Assembly (NCBI GenBank): GCA_965205975.1 | Contig: OZ242195.1 | Location: forward strand, 832,001 to 896,000 | DNA from: Candidatus Latescibacterota bacterium | Lineage (GTDB): Bacteria > Latescibacterota > UBA2968 | Length of the DNA stretch: 64,000 nt | Reading direction: 5' to 3' | In this document: in pieces, positions 28,862-37,878 of the stretch | Numbering within the stretch: the first letter of the stretch is position 1 | Layout of the letters: every line of letters begins with the position of its first letter | Notes under the pieces: model-generated | Seen by the model: the letters and a program-made list of their open reading frames with translations, nothing else | The model's database searches: none | What the model was told of the DNA's origin: nothing | Position numbers and translations under genes: made by a program

Positions 28862-29662
28862 ATGAGAAAAATGTATTGGACAGATCTGGGAACTTCTAAA
28901 ATTCAGTGTGCAAATCTGGATGGTTCAGATGTCGAAGATCTCGTTGCTACCGGGTTGCGTATTCCAAATAGCCTCGCTATAGATGGGGGCGGGGGGAAGA
29001 TGTACTGGACGGACGCTGGGACGTCCAAAATTCAGTGTGCAAATGTGGATGGTTCAGATGTCGAAGATCTCATTACTGACGATATATATCTACCAGGTGG
29101 AATGACGGTGCATGGAAAAAAAAGAAAAATATATTGGACAGAGGCGGCCTGGGGAGAGACCGTGGAGTGCAAAGTGCACAGAGCGAACCTGAATGGCTCT
29201 CATATCGAAACCCTCGTTTTCACCAAATTGAGTATTCCCAACGGTATCGTCTTGGATCTGGACATGGGTAAGATATACTGGACAGACTTAACGAAAATCC
29301 AGCGTGCGAACCTGGATGGTTCTCATGTTGAAACTCTCATTTTTCCCGAATTATTGCCATTAGGAATTGCCTTAGACGTAAGTGAAGGGAAGATGTACTG
29401 GACGAACTATAAGGGTGCTGGCGTGTCTAAAATTCAACGTGCAAACCTGGACGGCTCCGATGTTGAAGATCTCGTTACTATGGGATTAGATCGCCCATCG
29501 GGGATTGCTCTGGATGTGGTGGAAGGGAAGATGTACTGGGGAGACTATGACAACTATCGCACGGCTAAAATTCAACGTGCAAACACAGACGGTTCAGATG
29601 TCGAAGATCTCGTTACTATGGGATTGGAGCGCCCATCGGGGATTGCTTTGTGTTGCTTCTAA
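28862..29662 (+). CDS. YWTD (LDL-receptor class B) six-bladed beta-propeller protein
   Basis: Six repeats (MYWTD, MYWTD, IYWTE, IYWTD, MYWTN, MYWGD), each followed by a KIQRANLDGS-like segment and a PxGIAL-like segment. Confidence 0.9.
   Translation: MRKMYWTDLGTSKIQCANLDGSDVEDLVATGLRIPNSLAIDGGGGKMYWTDAGTSKIQCANVDGSDVEDLITDDIYLPGGMTVHGKKRKIYWTEAAWGETVECKVHRANLNGSHIETLVFTKLSIPNGIVLDLDMGKIYWTDLTKIQRANLDGSHVETLIFPELLPLGIALDVSEGKMYWTNYKGAGVSKIQRANLDGSDVEDLVTMGLDRPSGIALDVVEGKMYWGDYDNYRTAKIQRANTDGSDVEDLVTMGLERPSGIALCCF
29427..29647 (+). repeat. Near-identical DNA repeat units (138-nt period) in the last two YWTD blades
   Basis: CTAAAATTCAACGTGCAAAC...GAAGATCTCGTTACTATGGGATT..GA.CGCCCATCGGGGATTGCT at 29427 and 29565. 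Confidence 0.8.
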
Positions 29663-29683
29663 ATATCTCTACTTTTTCATGGG

Positions 29684-29712
29684 TTGACTTTCACCTTTGC
29701 ATGGGCTATATT
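29684..29712 (+). promoter_or_regulatory. sigma70 promoter of the candidate ncRNA
   Basis: TTGACT-17 nt-TATATT. Confidence 0.7.
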
Positions 29713-29717
29713 GGAAC

Positions 29718-29967
29718 CACACAAGAAAGGAGGTGGTCGAATGAGTGAAATGACCAGTGGAGGTGGCTGTCGTTAGGTGCGCCTCTGCCAGGAGCGGGTG
29801 TAGCATCTCGAATGGTAGCGCACCTGGCAATCCAAGACAGCCATCGAGCGGTTTGTTATCTGCCACATTGGCGATTTTTTAATAGTCGCGAGGCAGAAAC
29901 TTCCGTCAGACGATGCGCCGCACGGAGATGGGTCGGTTTTCCGACACCCGACGTGTGGCGCTTTTTT
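29718..29967 (+). ncRNA. Candidate structured ncRNA / micro-ORF transcript (unassigned family)
   Basis: Bounded by a promoter and a terminator; three stem-loop domains; two GGAGGTGG motifs; no long ORF. Confidence 0.55.
29915..29967 (+). terminator. Intrinsic terminator
   Basis: GCGCCGCACG...CGTGTGGCGC stem (inner GTCGG-TTTT-CCGAC) followed by T6. Confidence 0.75.
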
Positions 29968-29980
29968 GTGGCTTTCTAAC

Positions 29981-30008
29981 TTGACAAAATTGGATTATAC
30001 TGTAATTT
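29981..30008 (+). promoter_or_regulatory. Probable rplM operon promoter
   Basis: TTGACA-16 nt-TAATTT. Confidence 0.5.
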
Positions 30009-30083
30009 CAAAGGCTTAAAGATTCTAAAATTAGGAGAGGAGGTGAGCGCATTGCGCCATAACCATGCGGCGCGATTGAGACG

Positions 30084-30515
30084 ATGATGACACCGAGTGC
30101 GAAAAAAGATGATGTTGAACAGACCTGGTATGTCGCCGATGCAGAAGGCAAGATACTGGGGCGATTTGCCAGTGGCGTTGCCAGTATTTTGCGCGGCAAA
30201 CACAAGCCTTTTTATACTCCCCATGTTGATACGGGAGACCATGTGGTTATTGTAAATGCCGAAAAAATTCAGGTAAAGGGCAATAACAAAGCCCAGCAGA
30301 AGGTTTATACGAGCTATAGTGGGTATCCCGGCGGGCTTAAGAAACAAACGCTGGAAGACGCGCTGGAAAAGCGCCCCACGTTTGTACTCGAGCACGCGAT
30401 TCGGGGCATGTTGCCCCACAACAAGTTGGGGCGGCAGATGATCAAAAAGGTCCGTATTTACGCCGGACCAGAGCACCCACACCAGGCTCAGTCTCCTGAG
30501 CCTATTGATTTATAG
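30084..30515 (+). CDS. rplM: 50S ribosomal protein L13
   Basis: [40 protein letters not shown]. Confidence 0.98.
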   Translation: MMTPSAKKDDVEQTWYVADAEGKILGRFASGVASILRGKHKPFYTPHVDTGDHVVIVNAEKIQVKGNNKAQQKVYTSYSGYPGGLKKQTLEDALEKRPTFVLEHAIRGMLPHNKLGRQMIKKVRIYAGPEHPHQAQSPEPIDL

Positions 30516-30528
30516 AGGAGGTGATTGT

Positions 30529-30924
30529 TTGGCAGTTGAACCACTGAGTTCTGCTACGGGGCGTCGTAAAACATCGACAGCACATGTGAAACTCTTTCCC
30601 GGAACAGGGTCGATTACTATCAATGGGCTTTCTGCGCTCAACTATCTCAAACGGGAGACATTGGTGATGATTATCGAACAGCCCTTAGATGTGACCGAGA
30701 CCCGAGGGACTTATGATATTGTTGCCAAAGCAAAGGGTGGCGGTTTGACCGGTCAGGCCGGTGCCGTGCGATTGGGTATTGCGCGCAGTTTGCAGCGCGT
30801 GAATACGGGCAATCACAGACCCCTGCGACAGGCGGGCTTGCTCACGCGCGATCCGCGCAAAGTGGAACGAAAAAAACCCGGGCAGCCCGGAGCACGTAAA
30901 AAATTCCAATTTTCCAAGCGTTAA
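30529..30924 (+). CDS. rpsI: 30S ribosomal protein S9
   Basis: TGRRK, GGGLTGQAGA, LTRDPRKVERKKPG, QFSKR; TTG start after GAGGAGG. Confidence 0.98.
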   Translation: MAVEPLSSATGRRKTSTAHVKLFPGTGSITINGLSALNYLKRETLVMIIEQPLDVTETRGTYDIVAKAKGGGLTGQAGAVRLGIARSLQRVNTGNHRPLRQAGLLTRDPRKVERKKPGQPGARKKFQFSKR

Positions 30925-30946
30925 ACCAGAGTATTTTCTCTGAATA

Positions 30947-31020
30947 TCACATGTATCCTGATTGCTTCATGGGTGCCAGACGGCAATGGAGCAATATGAG
31001 GGATGCAGAGGACAAACCCA
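30947..31020 (+). promoter_or_regulatory. rpsB (S2) autoregulatory leader RNA
   Basis: Long hairpin (TGTATCC/GGATGCA; ATTGCTTCAT/ATGGAGCAAT; TGCC/GGCA) with a bulged GGGT complementary to downstream ACCC, as in the known S2-leader pseudoknot. Confidence 0.7.
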
Positions 31021-31036
31021 AAGTGCAGGAGGTGAC

Positions 31037-31795
31037 ATGGCCGTTGTTTCAATGAGGCAACTGCTCGAATCTGGGGTTCACTTCGGGCATCAAACCCGGC
31101 GGTGGAATCCAAAGATGCAGAAGTACATTTTTACAGAACGCAATGGTATTTATATTGTCGATTTGCAAAAGACGCAGGCGCAAATCGAAGCGGCATATCA
31201 AGCCGTGCGCAAGGCTGCTGAAACGGGCCAGCCGGTTCTTTTTGTCGGCACCAAAAAACAGGCCAAAGACATCATTGTAAATGCCGCGGAACGCTGCGAT
31301 ATGTTTTATGTCAACAACCGCTGGTTAGGGGGCATGTTGACAAATTTTCAAACGATTCGGCAGAGCATTCGTCGCCTGGATACGTTGGATAAAATGGCTG
31401 GCGATGGCACATATCAGCAGTTGACCAAAAAGGAAGTATTGCGTTTGGAACGCGAGCGCGATAAGTTGCAAAAATCCCTGGGTGGAATCCGCAGTATGGG
31501 ACGTTTGCCAGCACTCGTATTTGTCGTGGATACTAAAAAGGAAAAAATCGCAGTCGCCGAGGCTCGTCGCCTGGAAATACCTCTTGTGGCAATTGTTGAT
31601 ACCAACTGCGATCCGGATGAAGTTGACCATCCAATTCCCGGCAACGATGATGCGATGCGATCTATTGCACTGATTACAGATTTGATGGCCGAGGCAGTGG
31701 TCGAAGGTACAACTGTTCAACAGGATGACGAAGAAGATGGCCCTGCGCCAGATACGGGCCCTGAGATTACAGAAATTGATCCCAGCAATAATTGA
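31037..31795 (+). CDS. rpsB: 30S ribosomal protein S2
   Basis: [35 protein letters not shown]. Confidence 0.98.
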   Translation: MAVVSMRQLLESGVHFGHQTRRWNPKMQKYIFTERNGIYIVDLQKTQAQIEAAYQAVRKAAETGQPVLFVGTKKQAKDIIVNAAERCDMFYVNNRWLGGMLTNFQTIRQSIRRLDTLDKMAGDGTYQQLTKKEVLRLERERDKLQKSLGGIRSMGRLPALVFVVDTKKEKIAVAEARRLEIPLVAIVDTNCDPDEVDHPIPGNDDAMRSIALITDLMAEAVVEGTTVQQDDEEDGPAPDTGPEITEIDPSNN

Positions 31796-31811
31796 TAAGA
31801 CGGAGACTGAA

Positions 31812-32411
31812 ATGGCTATTTCTGCAAAAATGGTTCAGGAGTTGCGTGCCAGAACCAATGTGGGCATGATGGATTGTAAACGGGCGCTCGAAGAAGCCGA
31901 TGGCGTTATGGATAAGGCTGTTGAGTTGTTGCGTAAACGGGGTATTGCCAAAGCCGAGAGCAGAGCGGGACGTCAGGCTAACGAAGGGGCGATTGCGTCT
32001 TATATCCATGCGGGAAGCCAGTTGGGAGTTTTGCTCGAGATCAATAGCGAGACCGACTTTGTAGCGCGTACTGATGAGTTCCAGACGTTTTCAAAAGATG
32101 TGGCTATGCACATCGCCGCCGCTGCTCCTCTTGTAGTGAATCGCGAAGACGTAGATGCCGATATGCTGGAAAGGGAAAAGAGTATTTTTCGCGATCAGGC
32201 GCTTAGCGAAGGCAAACCAGAGCACATCGTGGATCGGATTGTGGAAGGCCGCATGGAAAAATACTATCAAGAAGTGGTCTTGATGGAACAGGCTTTTGTC
32301 AAAGATCCGGACAAAACTATTCAAGATCTACACTCAGATTTGGTGGCCAAGTGCGGCGAAAATATCACCATTCGCCGATTCGCCCGTTTTGTCCTGGGTG
32401 AAGAGAGTTAA
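31812..32411 (+). CDS. tsf: Elongation factor Ts (short form, 199 aa)
   Basis: ELRARTNVGMMDCKRAL, EINSETDFVA, IRRFARF. Confidence 0.97.
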   Translation: MAISAKMVQELRARTNVGMMDCKRALEEADGVMDKAVELLRKRGIAKAESRAGRQANEGAIASYIHAGSQLGVLLEINSETDFVARTDEFQTFSKDVAMHIAAAAPLVVNREDVDADMLEREKSIFRDQALSEGKPEHIVDRIVEGRMEKYYQEVVLMEQAFVKDPDKTIQDLHSDLVAKCGENITIRRFARFVLGEES

Positions 32412-32448
32412 GCATCTATATTGCCCAATTGCCCAGAGGAGGTGCGCC

Positions 32449-33006
32449 GTGATTGATGAGATTATGGCTGAAGCGCGAGAGGCCATGCAAAAGTCTGTTA
32501 CAGCCCTGCAAAATGAGATGGGGTCAGTACGCACCGGGCGTGCCAATGCGCATTTGCTGGATCAAATTCGGGTCGAGTATTACGGTGCACAGGTGCCGAT
32601 TAATCAGGTCGCCACGGTGGGTGTGCCAGAACCGCGTTTGATAGCGATTCAACCCTGGGATAAGTCGGCGATTCCGCTGATTGAAAAGGCAATTCTGGAG
32701 TCGAATTTGGGATTGACACCGGCCAATGACGGTACGATTATTCGGTTGCCCATTCCGCAATTGACTGAAGACCGCAGGCGAGAACTAGTGCGGGTGGTGA
32801 GGCAATATGCCGAAGAAAGCCGCATTTCGGTTCGCAATACTCGTCGCGATGCCAATGAACTCATCCGCGATGCACAAAAAGAAGGCGAGATTCCCGAAGA
32901 CGATGCCAGGCGCACAACAGAACGCGTGCAGGATTTGACCGACGAGTTTGTCGCAAAAATTGATAACGTGTTAGCAGAAAAAGAAGAAGAAATTATGGAA
33001 ATTTGA
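32449..33006 (+). CDS. frr: Ribosome recycling factor
   Basis: RTGRAN, IQPWD, IPQLTEDRRREL, VRNTRRDAN; GTG start after GAGGAGG. Confidence 0.97.
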   Translation: MIDEIMAEAREAMQKSVTALQNEMGSVRTGRANAHLLDQIRVEYYGAQVPINQVATVGVPEPRLIAIQPWDKSAIPLIEKAILESNLGLTPANDGTIIRLPIPQLTEDRRRELVRVVRQYAEESRISVRNTRRDANELIRDAQKEGEIPEDDARRTTERVQDLTDEFVAKIDNVLAEKEEEIMEI

Positions 33007-33030
33007 TGCGGAGCAAGATCTGCTGAATTG

Positions 33031-33069
33031 AAAAGGCCATTTCCATTGGGAGGTGGCCTTTTGATTTTT
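33031..33069. terminator. Bidirectional intrinsic terminator
   Basis: AAAAGGCCAT...GTGGCCTTTT between convergent genes. Confidence 0.75.
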
Positions 33070-33094
33070 GATCCTGAAAAGTCCCCTGATTTCT

Positions 33095-33619
33095 TTAGTA
33101 TCTGATCGCATAGATTTCGACAAATTGGCCGTAGTGCCAGACGTAATACGCCGTGCGATAGTGCGATTTGGATCTGCCTGTTCGGGCGGCGCGTTCAACG
33201 GCTTCGGGTGGGTTGACGATCAGGAGTTTGCTGTCGAGACGAAAACGAAAGCCCAGATGCGTGACAAAGGGTGCGAAGATCACACTGCCTGTTCGCGCGT
33301 CGATAACGGCGAATTGCTGGCATTCTTCACCGCAAAACCACCGCACAATGGTTTGATCGCCTGCAAAGTTGGGACCGATTTTGGTACCTTGAATCAAGCG
33401 GTCTTTGTATCGAATCGCGCGCGGATGGCTCACGAGATTGACAGGACGCGGTTTGTCTTTGTAAATTTGGTATTCGGGAATCGCAAACTGTTCAAATTCG
33501 GGTTTTTCAGTCACGCGGTCAGGCGCTTCGGGTAACTCGAATTCGGGCATACAGGCAATAAAAAATAAAAACAGGACAGGGGAGATCGCCTGATATTTTT
33601 TGTATTTCGCAATTTTCAT
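33095..33619 (-). CDS. Hypothetical lipoprotein
   Basis: Basic N-terminus, hydrophobic stretch, FIAC lipobox; PNFAG...WFCGEECQ. Confidence 0.7.
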   Translation of the reverse strand: MKIAKYKKYQAISPVLFLFFIACMPEFELPEAPDRVTEKPEFEQFAIPEYQIYKDKPRPVNLVSHPRAIRYKDRLIQGTKIGPNFAGDQTIVRWFCGEECQQFAVIDARTGSVIFAPFVTHLGFRFRLDSKLLIVNPPEAVERAARTGRSKSHYRTAYYVWHYGQFVEIYAIRY

Positions 33620-33700
33620 GATGTCAAATATAAGGCTTTTTCGTCAAGTCGCGCTATCATTTACCCAATTGAAAACAGGTTCAATATTATGAGGAGATCC

Positions 33701-34654
33701 ATGAGAGACAAACTAAATGCGGTTATTCAAGCGCAGAATTTTTCGGGTGTGGTTCTCGTCGTGCGATCGCGAGAGCGATTACTGGCGCAGGGATATGGAA
33801 TGGCTGATCTGGAAAACAATGTGCCAAATGCCCTGCATACCAAATTTCGCATTGGCTCCATAACCAAGACATTTACTGCAATGGCGGTGATGATATTGGC
33901 CGAGCAGGGCAAACTCCAAATAGACAATTTGCTCTCTGAGTATTTACCGGACATTCCCGATCATTGGACCGGGATTACATTACACCATCTGCTGAGCAAT
34001 ACGGCGGGGATTATACATGTGTGGGAACTACCCGGTTTTTCTGATACCATGTCGCTGAAAGCAACCTCTGCTGAGACAATTCAAAAAGTTGTGGATCGGC
34101 CCCTCGTGGCGCCGCCAGGCACAAAATACCATTATAGCGGAACGGGATTTTTTGTATTGTCGCGAGTGATCGAAAAAGTGTCGGGTCAATCATATCAGGC
34201 TTTTTTGAAAGAACATATATTTGACCCTATAGAGATGACCGATACGGGATGCGATCATCCCGATCCAATTTTGCCACATCGCGCACGCGGATATGCCCCT
34301 GCAGGGAATGGCGTGATCAATTCGCCGATGATCTATATGCCGATTCTGACCGGTGGGGGAAATTTGTATTCCACAGCAGAAGATCTGGCGAAGTGGGATG
34401 CCGCGCTCGGCGATGGCAAGCTGATTTCACAGGCTTCTTACGAGCAGATGTTTACGCCGGTGTTGAACAATTACGCCTGCGGCTGGCGCGTGGAGGACAA
34501 TGGATCTGTTATGCACGGCGGTTCCGTATCGGGATTCAATACAGTTTTGTTGCGTTTTTTAGATGACGAGGTCTGTATTATTGTATTGAGCAATGTGAAT
34601 CCCGCCCTTGTAAAATCCATTGCGCAACAACTCGCGGCGGTTGTGTTTAACTAA
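33701..34654 (+). CDS. Serine hydrolase, beta-lactamase/AmpC-like family
   Basis: FRIGSITK (SxxK), YHYSG, HGG. Confidence 0.9.
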   Translation: MRDKLNAVIQAQNFSGVVLVVRSRERLLAQGYGMADLENNVPNALHTKFRIGSITKTFTAMAVMILAEQGKLQIDNLLSEYLPDIPDHWTGITLHHLLSNTAGIIHVWELPGFSDTMSLKATSAETIQKVVDRPLVAPPGTKYHYSGTGFFVLSRVIEKVSGQSYQAFLKEHIFDPIEMTDTGCDHPDPILPHRARGYAPAGNGVINSPMIYMPILTGGGNLYSTAEDLAKWDAALGDGKLISQASYEQMFTPVLNNYACGWRVEDNGSVMHGGSVSGFNTVLLRFLDDEVCIIVLSNVNPALVKSIAQQLAAVVFN

Positions 34655-34681
34655 GCAACACCGCTGAGTATCGCGCGTTGC

Positions 34682-34710
34682 TTGACTCCCCACTATCCAT
34701 TGGGTACATT
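34682..34710 (+). promoter_or_regulatory. sigma70 promoter for aroC
   Basis: TTGACT-17 nt-TACATT. Confidence 0.6.
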
Positions 34711-34747
34711 TGCATACCATTCTTGTCATGATCCAGAGGAGCTTGTT

Positions 34748-35827
34748 ATGAGCAGCACATTTGGTCGCGCGTTTCGCATCACCACATGGGGGGAGTCACA
34801 CGGTGGTGGCGTTGGCGTTGTTTTAGATGGATGCCCGCCCGGTCTGGAGATCAGCGAAGAAGATATTCAAATTGAACTCGACCGCCGCAAACCGGGCCAG
34901 AGCAAAATTACCACACAACGCAAAGAAGAAGACCAGATAGAAATCCACTCGGGTCTTTTTGAGGGCAAAACCCTGGGTACGCCTATATCGATGATGGTGT
35001 GGAACCAGGATGCGCGTTCTAAAGATTACGAAGAAATACGCACCAAATACCGCCCTTCGCACGCCGATTACACATATCAGCAAAAATACGGTATTCGCAA
35101 CTGGAAAGGGGGAGGCAGAGCCAGTGCACGCGAGACAATCGGCCGCGTTGCCGCAGGTGCGGTTGCGCGCAAATTGCTCAAACGCGATTGCAATATCGAC
35201 ATTATCGCTTATGTGCGTCAGGTTCACACCCTTGTTGCCAATGTCGATCCCGTCGCGGTGACCCGCGAGCAGGTCGAGTCGAATATCGCCCGCGTGCCCG
35301 ATTCTGAGATTGCCGAGCGAATCATTCGGCGCATCGATGCCGCTCGCAAAGATGGCGACTCTCTCGGTGGCGTGGTCGAAGCCGTTGCCCATCGCGTTCC
35401 TCCCGGCTGGGGCGAACCCATCTTTGACAAACTCGAAGCCGATCTCGCAAAATCCATGCTTTCACTGCCCGCCTGCAAGGGGTTCGAATCCGGCTCTGGT
35501 TTTGGCGGTATTGCGATGACCGGCTCTGCACACAACGATCCCTTTTACAACGATGGTAGCGGCATTCACACACGCACAAATTATTCCGGCGGTATTCAGG
35601 GGGGTATCTCCAACGGCGAACCCGTCATCATCCGCGCAGCTTTCAAGCCGACTGCCACAATTTTGGCCGAGCAAGAAACCGTCGATATCCACGGCAACCC
35701 CACCACGCTCAAAGGACGCGGTAGGCACGACCCCTGCGTTTTACCTCGCGCGGTTCCCATTGTCGAAGCGATGATGGCTCTCGTACTGGCAGACCACTAT
35801 TTGCGCCAGCGCGGACAAAGCGGGTGA
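34748..35827 (+). CDS. aroC: Chorismate synthase
   Basis: [43 protein letters not shown]. Confidence 0.98.
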   Translation: MSSTFGRAFRITTWGESHGGGVGVVLDGCPPGLEISEEDIQIELDRRKPGQSKITTQRKEEDQIEIHSGLFEGKTLGTPISMMVWNQDARSKDYEEIRTKYRPSHADYTYQQKYGIRNWKGGGRASARETIGRVAAGAVARKLLKRDCNIDIIAYVRQVHTLVANVDPVAVTREQVESNIARVPDSEIAERIIRRIDAARKDGDSLGGVVEAVAHRVPPGWGEPIFDKLEADLAKSMLSLPACKGFESGSGFGGIAMTGSAHNDPFYNDGSGIHTRTNYSGGIQGGISNGEPVIIRAAFKPTATILAEQETVDIHGNPTTLKGRGRHDPCVLPRAVPIVEAMMALVLADHYLRQRGQSG

Positions 35828-35830
35828 GAA

Positions 35831-37477
35831 ATGATCGATTCCCAAATTTTCACCTGTATTAAAAATGCCCACTCCCACACCTATCGCTTTCCGTGGCGGA
35901 ACTTTACGCATCTTTTAAAAGATCGCGCAGAGCGTCAGCCAGATAAACCCGCGTTGATCTTTTGCGATTGCGATACGGATGCTCGCAGGGTTATTACCTA
36001 TTCTGAAGTTGAACGCCTCACCGCCGCGCTTGCAGGTCTGATGCACCGCGAATACGGCATAAGACGCGGCGATCGCGTCGGTCTTGCCTTGCCCAATTGT
36101 GCAGAAATTCCCCTGCTTACCCTTGCCCTCTTTCGCCTCGGCGCAACTTCTGTTCCCCTTGACCTTGCCAAAGATGTTGCCGAGCGCAAGCGCTACAAAC
36201 TGCAGAATGCCGGGGCCAGGCTGCTCATTGTTTTGCCCGAACATGCAGAAATTCAACGCCGCGCATTACCCGATATCCAGATTGTGACAACAGAGCAGTT
36301 GCTCGCCGCCGATGGATATGGCGCAGCGGATATCGAGCCTGAGTGGTCTGGCGATCCAGAAGGCGAACAATACACCAGTATTGTGCTGTACACATCGGGT
36401 ACAACAGGCCATCCCAAAGGCGCGTGTATTACCCGACAAAGCCTTACATCCAATGCCGATGGCATCATTCGATGGCTCGGATTTGATGCACGCGAACGCC
36501 TCAACCTCGTTTTACCACTTCATCATATCAATTCCACCACGTTTTCGATCACCAGCCTCATGGTGGGGGGGAGCCTCATTCTCAACTCGCGCTACAGCGT
36601 TTCGGCGTTCTGGCGTATCATATCGCGGGAACGGGCGACATCCGCGAGTATTGTACCGACGATTATGGCCGACCTGCTCGCCCGCGCCGATGACTTTGAG
36701 CGCGAGGGCTACGATATATCTTCGCTAAAAAAAATTATGATCGGCTCGGCACCTGTCCCACCTAATATTGCCTGCCAGTTTGTCGATCGCTTTGGCGTTC
36801 GTCTCGTTCAAGGGTATGGTTCAACCGAAGTCAGTTTGCGCGTTACCGGCGTACCACCCGATTTGCCCGATGACCAGTACCGCGATGTACTAGAACAGAA
36901 TGCCATTGGCGTTGAGCTTGCCAATAACAACATAAGAATTGATGGTGGAAGAAACGAAGGCGATGTCGGTGAAATCCTCGTGCGCGGTCCCGTGGTTGCC
37001 AATGGCTACCTCAACCAGTCCAAAGATACTGCCGAGGTTTTTTGCAATGGCTGGTTTCACAGTGGCGACATGGGGTATTTCCGAGACCTGTATAACCATC
37101 GTTTCTACTTTATTCACGGTCGAACAAAAGAAATCATTATCAAAGGCGGTGTCAATATATCACCCATCGCTGTTGAAAATGCCCTGCTCGACGCCTGTCC
37201 AGAACTCGACGTTGTTTATGTGGTTGGTCTTCGTCATGACCGATGGGGGGAAGCTGTTTGTGCAGCGGCTATTTTTAAATCTGGGATTGACCAGTCCGAA
37301 GCAGCCCAAGATATTCTCAAACGCGGACAAAGCGGCCAAATCCCGGGCCTGAGTACTTATGAAGCCCCTTCGCGCATTATCCCAATTACACCCGAAGACC
37401 GCCCGCTGACCTCTACGGGTAAAGTCCAGCGCAGCGCCCTGCGCGAGATCATCCAGAATCAAATTGACAATGCGTGA
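35831..37477 (+). CDS. Class I adenylate-forming enzyme (acyl-CoA synthetase family)
   Basis: YTSGTTGHPKG, GYGSTE, WFHSGDMG, GRTKEIIIKGG, TSTGKVQR. Confidence 0.92.
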   Translation: MIDSQIFTCIKNAHSHTYRFPWRNFTHLLKDRAERQPDKPALIFCDCDTDARRVITYSEVERLTAALAGLMHREYGIRRGDRVGLALPNCAEIPLLTLALFRLGATSVPLDLAKDVAERKRYKLQNAGARLLIVLPEHAEIQRRALPDIQIVTTEQLLAADGYGAADIEPEWSGDPEGEQYTSIVLYTSGTTGHPKGACITRQSLTSNADGIIRWLGFDARERLNLVLPLHHINSTTFSITSLMVGGSLILNSRYSVSAFWRIISRERATSASIVPTIMADLLARADDFEREGYDISSLKKIMIGSAPVPPNIACQFVDRFGVRLVQGYGSTEVSLRVTGVPPDLPDDQYRDVLEQNAIGVELANNNIRIDGGRNEGDVGEILVRGPVVANGYLNQSKDTAEVFCNGWFHSGDMGYFRDLYNHRFYFIHGRTKEIIIKGGVNISPIAVENALLDACPELDVVYVVGLRHDRWGEAVCAAAIFKSGIDQSEAAQDILKRGQSGQIPGLSTYEAPSRIIPITPEDRPLTSTGKVQRSALREIIQNQIDNA

Positions 37478-37554
37478 ACTCCTGTCTGCGATTGACACAA
37501 TTTGTCTGGTGTATTATATAGGGACTGGCTACTGACTACTTTCTGGTGATTGTC

Positions 37555-37875
37555 ATGTTGCGTATTTTTCTCCTCCTATTTCGTCTCTTGCGCGTACGCG
37601 GTGTCTTGTCAATCATCTCTCGACTCCCAAAATACTTGCGCCTTACCTGGCGACTCTTATGGGATTCTCGCATACCTTTATTGCCCAAAGTGTTTGTAAT
37701 TTTAACCATTTTATATGGCCTTTCTCCCTTTGATATTATCCCAGAGGTGATTCTTCCCCATATCGGATTGGGAGATGACATCGTGTTTATTATCCTGTCT
37801 ATTCGCAATCTGATCGCGGCCAGTCCGCAGAATATCGTTCAGGAACACGCCCGCAAGATTGCAGAGAAATCGTGA
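37555..37875 (+). CDS. YkvA/DUF1232 membrane protein
   Basis: YGLSPFDIIPEV...IGLGDD. Confidence 0.85.
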   Translation: MLRIFLLLFRLLRVRGVLSIISRLPKYLRLTWRLLWDSRIPLLPKVFVILTILYGLSPFDIIPEVILPHIGLGDDIVFIILSIRNLIAASPQNIVQEHARKIAEKS

Positions 37876-37878
37876 TTT

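Noticed and set aside
29669..29866. 65-aa minus-strand ORF
   Set aside because: No SD or recognisable domain; antisense to a well-formed promoter-terminator unit.
29718..29967. tmRNA, SRP RNA, RNase P RNA or a known riboswitch
   Set aside because: No tRNA-like ends or tag peptide, no SRP GGAA/AGCAG loop, no GAGGAAAGUCC, and no aptamer consensus recognised by eye.
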